Source: Acholeplasma laidlawii PG-8A
GTDB taxonomy: Bacteria; Bacillota_I; Bacilli_A; Acholeplasmatales; Acholeplasmataceae
DNA length: 32,000 nucleotides
Assembly: GCF_000018785.1 (NCBI RefSeq)
Contig: NC_010163.1
Span: 240,001-272,000, forward strand
Reading direction: 5' to 3'
The notes beneath the pieces were generated by a model. It was not told where the DNA came from, ran no database searches, and saw nothing but the letters and a program-made list of their open reading frames with translations. Within the stretch, counting starts at the first letter, position 1, and every line of letters starts with the position of its first letter. A program made the translations under genes and the position numbers. Shown here in pieces: positions 9,049-18,935 of the stretch.

Positions 9049-11402
9049 TGTTTATATTAGATAATATATTAAAACAATTTATTGAAGTACCAAATGATTT
9101 ATATGAAAAGACCAATCAACAAATCATCGAAGTCGATGATTATTTAGCATTAAATTCATCGACTAAACTTGTAGTAGGTTATGTTGAGACATGTGTTAAA
9201 CACCCAAATGCCGATACTTTAAGCAAAACTACAGTTAATATTGGTAGTGAAGTTTTAGACATCGTTTGTGGGGCACCAAACGTGCGCAGCGGGCAATATG
9301 TTATTGTTGCTCAAGTAGGTTCTGTATTACCAGGTAATTTTGAAATTAAAGCAGCAGTCGTTCGTGGTGAAACATCAAACGGTATGATCTGTTCATTAAA
9401 AGAATTAGGATTTGATGAAAAACACGTACCAGCTCAATATAAAGATGGCATCTACAATTTTAGCCAAAAGGTAACACCTGGTGAGGATGCACTTAAAGCA
9501 CTTGGTCTTGATGGAATGAAACTACTTTTAGGATTAACACCTAATAGAGGGGATTTATTATCTCACTTAGGGTTTGCTTATGATTTAGCTTCAATGACTA
9601 ATAAAAAGGTACATATTCCAAAACCAACATTTAAAGAAGCAGCACATAAACATGATGTTCAAGTCGTACTCGACACAAATAACTGTTTAACATATGATTT
9701 AAGAGTTATGGATGTTGTGATTAAAGAAAGTCCATGGTGGTTAAAAAACGCACTAATTCAAAGCGATATTCGTCCGATTAATAACGTTGTAGATATTACA
9801 AACTACATCTTAATTACTTACGGTACACCACTTCATGCATTTGATGCAAACAAAGTGAATTCAAATACAATTTTAGTACGTCAAGCGCATCAAGGTGAAG
9901 AAGTTGTTACATTAGATGAAGTTTCACGTGTATTAGAACCGTCAGACATCGTCATTACAGATGGTAAAAAACCAATCGCACTTGGTGGTGTGATGGGCTT
10001 ATTAGAATCTGGTATTGATGATCATACAACAAAAATCATGCTTGAAGCAGCACAGTTTAATCCAAGTGTGATTGCTAAAACATCTAAACGTTTAGATTTA
10101 AGAAGTGATTCATCACTACGCTTTGAACGTGGTATTGATCAAAAAAGAGTACGTATTGGTTTAGAAGCGGCTACTCAACTACTTGTTGAGTTAGCAGATG
10201 CTAAAGTGTATTCAGGTATTTCATCAAAAACAAATGTAAAAGAAGAAAACCCTTGGGTTGAACTATCCTTAGAAAACGTAAATGGTTTATTAGGTACTAA
10301 GTTAAATGATAATGAATTACATGATATACTTGCTCAGTTAAACTATGAAACAAAAATAGATAACAAAACATTATTAGTTCAAGCACCTGGTTATAGAAAA
10401 GATATCTTAATTGAAGCAGATGTTATTGAAGAAGTCTTACGTGTTTATGGGTATCACCATATTGAAGGTAAGAAACTTCAACCAAACTTATTAGGTGAAC
10501 TATCTTATAGTCAAAAAATGAATAGGGCACTTAAACAAACATTAGTGGGTTTAGGCTTAAATGAAGTGATTAACTATAGTTTAGTATCAGAATCAGATAT
10601 TGAGTCATTTGCTAAAGTTGGCGAATCAGTAAGTATTTTAATGCCTCTAAGTGATGACCGTAAGATTTTACGTCAATCCTTAATACCAGGGTTACTAAAG
10701 AACTTAAACTATCATTTATCAAGACAAATGTCACACATTACACTATTTGAAATGGGTCACGTCTTTGCAAAAGATGTCGAAAAAAATCATTTAGCAGTAT
10801 TAATCAATGGTAATTTACTAGATTCTAACTACTTAAAACGTGATATTAAATCAGACTTCTATACATTAAAAGGTATCTTAGAACACATTGGTGTGACACT
10901 AAATGTCTCATTTGATGTGAAACAATCTTCTAATGTAGCTGCCCTACACCCTGGTATCCAAGGCGATGTTTATGTAGGGGATTTACTTGTTGGGGTCATT
11001 GGTAAAACACACCCATTAACTGATGAAGCTTATGATATTAAAGATGCTTATGTATTAGAATTAGACTTATCTCAACTAATTACAACAAAAGCACCAATGA
11101 TTTTTGAAAGTATTTCTAAGTATCCATCCATCCAAAGAGATATCTCATTTGTAGTATCTAAAGACTATCCAATTAGTGATATTTTAGGTATTATTAAACA
11201 AACAGCTAGAAAACTATTAACCAACATTGAAGTGTTTGATGTGTATAGTGGATCAAATATTGAAGAAGGATATCACTCACTAGCAATCTCAATGACATTT
11301 AATAATAAAGAAAAAACATTAGAAAAATTAGATGTAGAAAAAGCACTCAAATCCATTCAAAACAGATTAGAATTCAATTTTAAAGCAGTATTTAGAGCAT
11401 AA
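9048..11402 (+). CDS. pheT: Phenylalanine--tRNA ligase subunit beta
   Basis: ORF 784 aa; N-terminal EMAP/tRNA-binding domain, B3/B4 and B5 regions, C-terminal FDX-ACB domain (ISKYPSIQRDISFVV). Confidence 0.97.
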   Translation: MFILDNILKQFIEVPNDLYEKTNQQIIEVDDYLALNSSTKLVVGYVETCVKHPNADTLSKTTVNIGSEVLDIVCGAPNVRSGQYVIVAQVGSVLPGNFEIKAAVVRGETSNGMICSLKELGFDEKHVPAQYKDGIYNFSQKVTPGEDALKALGLDGMKLLLGLTPNRGDLLSHLGFAYDLASMTNKKVHIPKPTFKEAAHKHDVQVVLDTNNCLTYDLRVMDVVIKESPWWLKNALIQSDIRPINNVVDITNYILITYGTPLHAFDANKVNSNTILVRQAHQGEEVVTLDEVSRVLEPSDIVITDGKKPIALGGVMGLLESGIDDHTTKIMLEAAQFNPSVIAKTSKRLDLRSDSSLRFERGIDQKRVRIGLEAATQLLVELADAKVYSGISSKTNVKEENPWVELSLENVNGLLGTKLNDNELHDILAQLNYETKIDNKTLLVQAPGYRKDILIEADVIEEVLRVYGYHHIEGKKLQPNLLGELSYSQKMNRALKQTLVGLGLNEVINYSLVSESDIESFAKVGESVSILMPLSDDRKILRQSLIPGLLKNLNYHLSRQMSHITLFEMGHVFAKDVEKNHLAVLINGNLLDSNYLKRDIKSDFYTLKGILEHIGVTLNVSFDVKQSSNVAALHPGIQGDVYVGDLLVGVIGKTHPLTDEAYDIKDAYVLELDLSQLITTKAPMIFESISKYPSIQRDISFVVSKDYPISDILGIIKQTARKLLTNIEVFDVYSGSNIEEGYHSLAISMTFNNKEKTLEKLDVEKALKSIQNRLEFNFKAVFRA

Positions 11403-11470
11403 CTTGATTTCTATTTCACCATATGAAAAATTATCAAAATCTTGTATAATAACAAGTGAGGAATAATATT

Positions 11471-12487
11471 ATGCTAATTTATGATTTAACATACGAAGAA
11501 TTAGAAGAATTCATCGTAGAAAACGGCTATAAGAAATTTAGAGCCGATCAAATTTGGAACTGGCTCTATAAACAAAAAATAGAGGCGTTCAGTGAAATGA
11601 ATAACATCCCAGAGGACATCATTAAATTATTGAATGATAATTATACCTTTGCAGGACTTGAAACAGTGATCAAAAATACCAGTGCAGATGGTACAATTAA
11701 GTTTTTATTTGACTTAAAAGATGCGAATCTAATTGAAACGGTATTAATGAGTCATAACTATGGCATGAGTGCCTGTGTGACTACTCAAGTAGGATGTAAC
11801 ATTGGATGTAGTTTTTGTGCATCTGGTGTATTAAAGAAAAAAAGAGACTTAACAGCAGGTGAAATTGTTGCACAAATCATTCGTGCAGAAAAAGAATCTG
11901 GTGTGAGAGTGTCTAGTATTGTTATTATGGGTATTGGTGAACCATTTGATAACTATAAGAACTTTGTTAAATTTATTAGCATTGTAAATCACCCTAAAGG
12001 ACTAGCAATTGGTGCAAGACATATTACAGTGTCTACATCTGGTTTAGTACCTAAGATTAAAGAATTTGCTCATTTAGGTATTCAAGTAAACTTAGCGGTT
12101 TCGCTACATGCACCGAATAATGAAATTAGATCTAAATTAATGAAAATCAATGATAGATTCAAAGTTGAAGAAGTCGTAGATGCAATCAAATACTATATTC
12201 ATGTTACTAACAGAAGAGTTACAATTGAATATATTATGATTCAAGATTTAAATGATAGTGTAGAAACTGCAGTAGAATTAGCTAAACTCTTAAAGGGTAT
12301 GAATGTCTATGTGAATTTAATTCCATATAACACCGTTAAAGAAGCAGATTATCAAAGATCAAGTCTTGAGAATCGTTTAGCATTCCACAAGACTTTAAAA
12401 GAACATAAAATCACTGCAATTTTAAGAAAAGAACAAGGTCATGACATTAATGCTGCTTGTGGCCAATTAAGAAGTCAAAATCTATAA
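11471..12487 (+). CDS. rlmN: Dual-specificity 23S rRNA/tRNA (adenine-C2) methyltransferase RlmN
   Basis: [18 protein letters not shown] radical SAM motif, [24 protein letters not shown]. The track start (GTG 11456) overlaps the probable Shine-Dalgarno AGTGAGGA; ATG at 11471 is the more likely start. Confidence 0.95.
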   Translation: MLIYDLTYEELEEFIVENGYKKFRADQIWNWLYKQKIEAFSEMNNIPEDIIKLLNDNYTFAGLETVIKNTSADGTIKFLFDLKDANLIETVLMSHNYGMSACVTTQVGCNIGCSFCASGVLKKKRDLTAGEIVAQIIRAEKESGVRVSSIVIMGIGEPFDNYKNFVKFISIVNHPKGLAIGARHITVSTSGLVPKIKEFAHLGIQVNLAVSLHAPNNEIRSKLMKINDRFKVEEVVDAIKYYIHVTNRRVTIEYIMIQDLNDSVETAVELAKLLKGMNVYVNLIPYNTVKEADYQRSSLENRLAFHKTLKEHKITAILRKEQGHDINAACGQLRSQNL

Positions 12488-12503
12488 GGAGATACTTACA
12501 TTT

Positions 12504-13457
12504 TTGAATAAAGCACGTGTAATTAAATTAATCGGAGGCTTATATAGCTTTAAAGACCTTAAGACGCAAACAGTGTATGAAGGTTATGCAAAGGGTAAAT
12601 TTAGAAAGGTGAGAGTGGATAAAGACTCAAGCTTTAATAAGAACATCACAAAAAGCACTAAAAAAGATGTCAAAGACATCGTTTTAAGTCCTAAAGTTGG
12701 TGACATTATCCATTATAGTTTTGAATCTGATCAGTACATGATTACTGAAGTGCTTGAAAGAAAAAATGAACTTATTAGACCAGATGTTGCAAACATTGAT
12801 CAAGTATTATTGGTCTTTTCGGCCATGAGACCGGATTTTAGTTTTAATTTATTGGATAAATTTCTAGTGATATTAAAACATCATGAATTAACACCTGTTA
12901 TTGTGGTATCTAAAGTAGACTTAATGACGGATGAAAATTTAAAATCTCTTAAAGAAGATTTAAAATTTTATGAACCATTTTACGATATACATTATGTTAA
13001 TAGTAAAGCACGCATTGGTATTGATACATTAGATGGTATATTTGAAGATAAAATCACGATTTTAGCAGGTCAAACAGGCGCAGGCAAGTCAACACTTTTA
13101 AATGCACTTAGACCTGAACTAGAATTAAAAACTCAAGAAATATCAGATGCTCTTGGTCGTGGAAAGCACACAACCAGACATTCTGAACTCTACGAGTTTG
13201 GTGGTGGGTATATTTGTGATACACCAGGATTTAGTAAAGTAGACTTTGAATTTCATGATTATACGACACTAAAAGACTACTTTGTAGACTTTGCTAAGTA
13301 TAGTGATCAGTGTAAGTTTGGTCATAGTTGTTTACATATCAACGAGCCTAATTGCATGGTTAAAGAAAAAATCAAATCAAAAGAAATATTACAATCAAGG
13401 TATGATAGTTACTTAAATTTCGTAGAAATATTAAAAAATAGAAAAGAAAAGTATTAG
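12504..13457 (+). CDS. rsgA: Ribosome small-subunit-dependent GTPase RsgA (TTG start)
   Basis: Circularly permuted GTPase motifs: VVSKVDL (G4), GQTGAGKSTLLNAL (G1), DTPGFS (G3); zinc-binding C-terminus CKFGHSCLHINEPNCMVK. Confidence 0.95.
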   Translation: MNKARVIKLIGGLYSFKDLKTQTVYEGYAKGKFRKVRVDKDSSFNKNITKSTKKDVKDIVLSPKVGDIIHYSFESDQYMITEVLERKNELIRPDVANIDQVLLVFSAMRPDFSFNLLDKFLVILKHHELTPVIVVSKVDLMTDENLKSLKEDLKFYEPFYDIHYVNSKARIGIDTLDGIFEDKITILAGQTGAGKSTLLNALRPELELKTQEISDALGRGKHTTRHSELYEFGGGYICDTPGFSKVDFEFHDYTTLKDYFVDFAKYSDQCKFGHSCLHINEPNCMVKEKIKSKEILQSRYDSYLNFVEILKNRKEKY

Positions 13458-13468
13458 GAGGGGACAAA

Positions 13469-14101
13469 ATGAAAGTTGCACCGTCGATATTGACAGCAAA
13501 TTTTATACGCTTGGAAGACGAGCTTAAATCCATCGAGGAAGGTTCGGATTATATTCATGTGGACGTTATGGATGGCCACTTTGTACCAAACATTAGTTTT
13601 GGACCAGCGATAGTTTCGCAAATTGGTGAACTCACTAAACTACCAATGGATATTCATCTTATGGTAGAGCACCCATTAGATTGGATTGATAAAGTAATCT
13701 TTCCAACTACAGAATTTATTACAATCCATGCGGAATGTAACAGATTTAAAGAAAGTATTCGCAGAATTCTTTATTTAGGTAAAAAAGCTGGTTTAGCAAT
13801 TAAACCAAGCACAGATGTAGATTTTATTAAACCATACTTAAGTCAACTAGACCTTGTATTAGTCATGGGTGTTGAACCTGGATATGGTGGACAATTATTC
13901 ATCCAAAATCAATTGAAAAAAATCGAAGAACTTGCACAACTTAAAGAAGAAAACGGATATCACTACGAAATTCAAGTAGATGGTGGTATTAACGTTTCTA
14001 CAGCAAAACAAGTCAAAGATGCAGGAGCAACCATAGTTGTTGCAGGTACATTTATCTTTAATTACGAAGATCGTAAAGAAAGAATCGAATCACTTAAATA
14101 G
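13469..14101 (+). CDS. rpe: Ribulose-phosphate 3-epimerase
   Basis: ORF 210 aa; VAPSILTANF, HVDVMDGHFVPNISFG, VMGVEPGYGGQLF, QVDGGIN. Confidence 0.97.
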   Translation: MKVAPSILTANFIRLEDELKSIEEGSDYIHVDVMDGHFVPNISFGPAIVSQIGELTKLPMDIHLMVEHPLDWIDKVIFPTTEFITIHAECNRFKESIRRILYLGKKAGLAIKPSTDVDFIKPYLSQLDLVLVMGVEPGYGGQLFIQNQLKKIEELAQLKEENGYHYEIQVDGGINVSTAKQVKDAGATIVVAGTFIFNYEDRKERIESLK

Positions 14102-14103
14102 TC

Positions 14104-14706
14104 ATGAACGTCTATTTGATCGTACATCCTGTACCAAATAACTTAAAACAAATCATTAAAAAGCCCGCTTATGTGATCGCAGTCGATCAAGGGCTTTTTG
14201 ATGCTTATAAACAGGGTGTATTTGTTGATTTAGCAATAGGAGACTTTGATTCCTTAAGTGATATCAGTCTACTCGACAAAGTCTCTTATAAACGCTTAAA
14301 TCCGGTTAAAGACATAACAGACACTGAAGCAGCGCTCCAATATGCATTAAGTTTAAATCCGGCGCACACCTATATATTAGGTGGTATTGGTGGATCTAGA
14401 CTAGAACATAGTTATGCAAATCTTTTATTGTTATTTGATTATGATGATGTAAGTATCATAACAAGTGAATCAAGCGTTGTTAAATATCGTGAAGGTATCC
14501 ATCATACTAAATTTACCGGGTTTATTAATATTTTCAGTCAAAATCAGGCGATTATTACGTTAAACGGTTTTAAGTATGAACTAGATAGCTATAAGTTAAA
14601 AAAGTTTGATAGATTGGGTATCTCAAATGAACTTGAAAGCAGTGAAGGCACTATCAAAGTACACAGTGGATCTATTCTTGTAGTATATACGAAAAAAGAA
14701 CAATAA
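14104..14706 (+). CDS. thiN: Thiamine diphosphokinase
   Basis: ORF 200 aa; AVDQGLF, AIGDFDSLS, KDITDTEAALQYAL, GGIGGSRLEHSYANLLLL. Confidence 0.92.
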   Translation: MNVYLIVHPVPNNLKQIIKKPAYVIAVDQGLFDAYKQGVFVDLAIGDFDSLSDISLLDKVSYKRLNPVKDITDTEAALQYALSLNPAHTYILGGIGGSRLEHSYANLLLLFDYDDVSIITSESSVVKYREGIHHTKFTGFINIFSQNQAIITLNGFKYELDSYKLKKFDRLGISNELESSEGTIKVHSGSILVVYTKKEQ

Positions 14707-14709
14707 AAA

Positions 14710-14733
14710 AAGGCATCTAAATGCCTTAGTTTA
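14710..14733 (+). terminator. Terminator hairpin between convergent thiN and rpmB, possibly bidirectional
   Basis: AAGGCAT (14710-14716) CTAA ATGCCTT (14721-14727), flanked by an A-run on the left. Confidence 0.75.
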
Positions 14734-14753
14734 TCTACAATATGTGGTTTGAA

Positions 14754-14942
14754 TTAAACGCGCTCTAACTCTAATTTCTTTAAAGCTTTCGCTGAAATTT
14801 TAACTCTTTTGACATTTCCATTTTCATCTTTGATACGGACAGTCTGTAAGTTAGCCTTCCATGTACGACGGCTTGCGTTTAACGCATGACTGCGTTTATT
14901 ACCAAATGATGTAGTTTTACCAGTTACATAGCACTTTGCCAT
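14754..14942 (-). CDS. rpmB: 50S ribosomal protein L28
   Basis: ORF 62 aa; [33 protein letters not shown]. Confidence 0.96.
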   Translation of the reverse strand: MAKCYVTGKTTSFGNKRSHALNASRRTWKANLQTVRIKDENGNVKRVKISAKALKKLELERV

Positions 14943-15239
14943 AGTATCACTCCTTTTATTGCCTTATTAAGTTTAACATATTAAATTATAAAAAGCAATA
15001 AAAAACTTGATAAAATAAATAATGAAAAATTTCATACTATTTACACATTTAACGCAAAAAGCTTGAACTTATAAAATATGATATAATATATAGGTAAATC
15101 GTATGTATTAGATTATGATTGCTTTTTAAAAAAAGTATGATATACTAAATAACGTTCAAGACTGGTTTCTTACCATCTAGAAGAAAATAAAACTTAATCA
15201 ATCATTCATCGAAACATTTTGGTGAATCGGAGGAAAATT

Positions 15240-16922
15240 ATGTCTAATAAGAAAATTAGCGGTGACCTGTTTAAAAAAATGGTTACTAATGGTGCAATCC
15301 ACTTAAAAAATAACCACAAAGAAGTAGACCACCTTAATGTGTTTCCGGTACCAGATGGTGACACGGGAACAAATATGCAAATGACAATGATGGCGGGTGT
15401 TAAAGAAGTATCCCAAGATCAGTCAAATTCTATCGTTGATGTATCAAAAATATTATCTAGAGGATTATTAATGGGCGCTAGAGGTAACTCTGGTGTTATC
15501 CTATCACAATTCTTTAGAGGACTCTATTCTGAAATTTCTAAAATCAATAATGGCTCACTAACAATTAAAGAATTTATTCAAGCACTTGTTGGTGGTTACC
15601 AAATGGCATATCGTGCTGTTATGGATCCTGTTGAAGGAACCATTTTAACTGTGGTTAGAGAATCAGCGGAAAGAGTTTTAAAAGATCAAAAAAAATATAC
15701 ATCAATCGAAGACGTTTTAAAAGCTTACTTAATGCAAGCTAAAGAAACACTTATCAAAACACCGGAATTACTTCCTGTATTAAAAGAAGCTGGTGTAGTT
15801 GATAGTGGTGGTGCTGGTTTCATTAAGATTATTGAAGGTATGTTAATGGCACTTGAAGGAGAAATCCTAAGTGAATTAGATGCTATTCAATCAATGCCTC
15901 AAGCAAACCTTGATTATGTGGGTGCACATAACCTTGGTGAAGTGGATATCAAGTTTGGTTATTGTACAGAGTTTATCGTTCAATTATTTGATTGGGAAAA
16001 CTTTGATATTAACAGCGTTAGAAATCCACTAGAACAAATGGGTGATTCATTAGTTGTAGTAACTGACGAAGATTTACTAAAAGTTCACGTTCATACTAAC
16101 CAACCAGGTGTTGCATTAACTCTTGCTCAAAAATTTGGTGAATTGAAAACGATCAAAGTAGATAACATGCGTACACAACATGGTAACATTACAGGTCAAG
16201 ACCATTCAGGTCATGATCATTCACAAGCTGTACCTGAACTAGCACCGGTGAAAAAACCACGATCTAAATATGGTTTAATTGCTGTTGGTCAAGGTGAAGG
16301 CGTAAAAACTGCATTTAAAGAATTAGGCGTAGATATGATTATTGATGGTGGTCAAACAATGAACCCACCTACAGAAGATTTCATTAAAGCAATTGAAGCT
16401 GTTAATGCTGATAATGTCATTATTTTACCTAATAACTCAAATATTATATTAACGGCTGAACAAGCTGCAAGTTTAACTGAAAACCAAAATGTATCTGTAT
16501 TAAAAACTAAAACTGTAGCTCAAGGTTACTCAGCAATGATATCATTTGACCCAACTGCAACCATCGAAGAAAACACTGATGTGATGATGGATGTTGTCAA
16601 TGAAATGAAATCCGGTGAAGTGACATATGCAGTTAGGGATACTGAAATGCATGGCGTTCAAGTTAAAAATGGAGATTACATCGGTATTTCTAAATCTAAG
16701 ATCATCGTATCTTGTAAAGATAGATATGAAGCAGTAACAAGTTTATTAGAATCAATGATTACTGAAGATTCAGAAATAGCAACACTGTTCATTGGTAACG
16801 GCGTTAGTGAAGATGAAGTTGAAAAGGTAGTTGAGTTTGTTGCATCTATTAATGAAGACTGTGAAGTCGAAACAATTAATGGTAAACAAGATGTATACTC
16901 ATACATCATTGCAGTAGAATAA
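15240..16922 (+). CDS. fakA: DAK2-domain fatty acid kinase subunit FakA (YloV family)
   Basis: LNVFPVPDGDTGTNMQMTM, SRGLLMGARGNSGVILSQ, KTIKVDNMRTQH. The track start at 15219 precedes the SD sequence CGGAGGAAA; ATG at 15240 is preferred. Confidence 0.93.
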   Translation: MSNKKISGDLFKKMVTNGAIHLKNNHKEVDHLNVFPVPDGDTGTNMQMTMMAGVKEVSQDQSNSIVDVSKILSRGLLMGARGNSGVILSQFFRGLYSEISKINNGSLTIKEFIQALVGGYQMAYRAVMDPVEGTILTVVRESAERVLKDQKKYTSIEDVLKAYLMQAKETLIKTPELLPVLKEAGVVDSGGAGFIKIIEGMLMALEGEILSELDAIQSMPQANLDYVGAHNLGEVDIKFGYCTEFIVQLFDWENFDINSVRNPLEQMGDSLVVVTDEDLLKVHVHTNQPGVALTLAQKFGELKTIKVDNMRTQHGNITGQDHSGHDHSQAVPELAPVKKPRSKYGLIAVGQGEGVKTAFKELGVDMIIDGGQTMNPPTEDFIKAIEAVNADNVIILPNNSNIILTAEQAASLTENQNVSVLKTKTVAQGYSAMISFDPTATIEENTDVMMDVVNEMKSGEVTYAVRDTEMHGVQVKNGDYIGISKSKIIVSCKDRYEAVTSLLESMITEDSEIATLFIGNGVSEDEVEKVVEFVASINEDCEVETINGKQDVYSYIIAVE

Positions 16923-16944
16923 TTATTAATCTATAAATTAAATA

Positions 16945-17000
16945 TAATGGAAGCAATTTAAACCAAAGTGAAAACTTTAGTGTTGCTTCCATTATTTTTA
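16945..17000 (+). terminator. Long-stem terminator-like hairpin after fakA
   Basis: Perfect 12-bp arms TAATGGAAGCAA (16945-16956) / TTGCTTCCATTA (16983-16994), nested AAAGT/ACTTT hairpin, then TTTTTAT. Confidence 0.75.
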
Positions 17001-17048
17001 TCATGATATTGATTTTCTTATCTTAAAATGATAATATTTATAAGGTAT

Positions 17049-17134
17049 GCTCGGGTGGTGAAACGGTATACACGCTACCTTGAGGTGGTAGTGGGAGAAA
17101 TCCTGTGAGGGTTCAAATCCCTTCCCGAGCACCA
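17049..17134 (+). tRNA. tRNA-Leu(GAG), CCA encoded
   Basis: Acceptor GCTCGGG/CCCGAGC + ACCA; anticodon arm CTACC TTGAGGT GGTAG (anticodon GAG); long variable arm TGGGAGAAATCCTGT; T-arm GAGGGTTCAAATCCCTT. Confidence 0.95.
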
Positions 17135-17143
17135 TAAAATTAT

Positions 17144-17181
17144 AGATGGGTCTAATACATTTGTTGTATGGACCTTTTTTA
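17144..17181 (+). terminator. Terminator after tRNA-Leu
   Basis: GGGTC..ATACA / TGTAT.GGACC imperfect stem followed by TTTTTTATT. Confidence 0.65.
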
Positions 17182-17461
17182 TTAGGCTTTCCGTAAAAAT
17201 GAGTAAACGTCAATTACTAATGATTTAGATAATAAGTACCTTAGGGTTGCTTGCAGAGCAATCAGCTCAAATGGTGGCGTACTAGATAATGAAGTAATGA
17301 ATGAAAAGGGTAAAATAGTTCAAAGATATTGGATAAACCTTTCTTAAATATTGGTAGGGTTAGAAGTTATATGAGTGACTACTTATATTTAAGGTTTTAT
17401 TCTAAATATATAAGTATGGTAAAATGGTTTTAATAGGTTAATTATTTTAAAGGGGGTACAC

Positions 17462-18801
17462 ATGTCAAAGTTAAAGGTTAGAATCGTAGATCCACATACG
17501 CTCATGCTTGAAGAAACTGGTCAAGTTGGAGACACGATAGACTTAAAATCTCTTCATTCTGTGGATGAAACTTTCATCATGGAACGTATTAAATCTCAAC
17601 AAGATGAAACTTATAATCGCTTACTACAAGGTGTTATCAAAGAAAACCACTCACAAATTCAATTAAAACTTAATGAACAATTAAGAAACTTTGAACTAGA
17701 AAAAAATAAACTGATACAGGATAAACGAGACTTGGAAGGTAGATTGTCTTCTCAAGTCGAGTTAAGTAAAAAGAATGAACAAATTCTTACAAATGCTCTT
17801 AAATCAGAATTTGAATTAGAACGTCAAAGATTGAATAATGAAATTCAAACAATTGAACTTAAAATTAAGCAAAATTTGGAAAATACCTATAAAGACCAAA
17901 TAAATCAAAAAGTTACTTTAATTCAATCTCTACAGGCTGAGAAAGAAAAAATGATTATAGAACATCAGCTACAATTAAACCAAAAACTAGCAAAATTAAA
18001 TGATGATATTTCTATAAAAGAAAAAGAAATTGAAGCATTAAAGAGAGAAAGAAGTTCAAGAAATATTAAAACTATAGGTGAGAATCTAGAAATCTGGTGG
18101 ATGAGCAGTTCAAAAATGTGTCTCTTTATGGATTTAAAACCTCTACATTTACTAAAGATAACTTGGTCATCAAAACAGAAGGTGATTCTAAAGGTACAAA
18201 AGGTGACTACATTTTTAAAGTATTTAACAATGAGTCCCATGATATCTTATTAACAAGTGCCATGATAGAAATGAAGAGTGAAGCACTAGAATCTGAAAAC
18301 AAAAAGAAAAACTCAGATCACTATAAGAAATTAGATGATGACAGAAATAAGAAAAAGCTAGAATATGCAATCTTAGTAAGTGAGCTAGAGTATAATTATG
18401 AATCAGATGCTCCTATATTTTCTGTACCAGGTTATGAAAAAATGTATGTTGTTAGACCTCATTTTTTCATCACCTTATTAGGTATTTTAGAATCTATCGG
18501 TATGAAGTATGCCGACATTATAACAAACAAAGAAATCCAAAAAATAGAGTTCCAAGAATCAGAAAAAATTCTTCAGGATTTTGAAAAGTTCAAAGAAGAC
18601 ATTATTGGAAACTCTATTAGACATATAACAACACAACTAGAGAACATAAAAACTAAAACAAATACCATTATTTCCAGTGTAGAAGCTATACAAGAAAGTG
18701 TTCGTGTTATTTTAGATTCCCACTTAAATACAGTGAGAAGTAAAATTGAAAATTATTCTATTAGACGTGTCGTTAAACATATTGATAAAATACAAGATTA
18801 A
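17462..18801 (+). pseudogene. DUF2130-family coiled-coil protein, split by an apparent single-base frameshift near 18090-18100
   Basis: Track ORFs 17462..18253 and 18097..18801 are in different frames; ...IGENLE | W(x)DEQFKNVSLYGF... joins into one DUF2130-like protein ending ...GIGMKYADII-type C-terminus. Confidence 0.7.
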
Positions 18802-18811
18802 TCATTTAAAC

Positions 18812-18845
18812 CAGCCTAGTTTATTTTAAATTGGGCTGTTTTCTT
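18812..18845 (+). terminator. Rho-independent terminator after the DUF2130 gene
   Basis: CAGCC.AGTTTA...TAAATT.GGGCTG stem followed by TTTTCTTT. Confidence 0.65.
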
Positions 18846-18898
18846 TAAATATTCATCTATTCAAAATTTTTTTCATACAAAATTAAGTAGAATATAGT

Positions 18899-18912
18899 TG
18901 AAAGCGTTTTTA
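18899..18912 (+). promoter_or_regulatory. Candidate catabolite-responsive element (cre-like)
   Basis: TGAAAGCGTTTTTA, a close match to the Firmicutes consensus TGNAARCGNNNNCA with the penultimate C replaced by T; located just upstream of the lipoprotein gene. Confidence 0.4.
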
Positions 18913-18935
18913 TTACATAAAAGAGAGGGATTAAA

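Noticed and set aside
16945-16994. Long hairpin after fakA considered as a small RNA or MITE-like element
   Set aside because: A terminator with a T-run after the stem explains it; no target duplication or second copy in the window
17001-17213. 70-aa minus-strand ORF
   Set aside because: Covers the tRNA-Leu gene and its terminator; translation of the antisense tRNA
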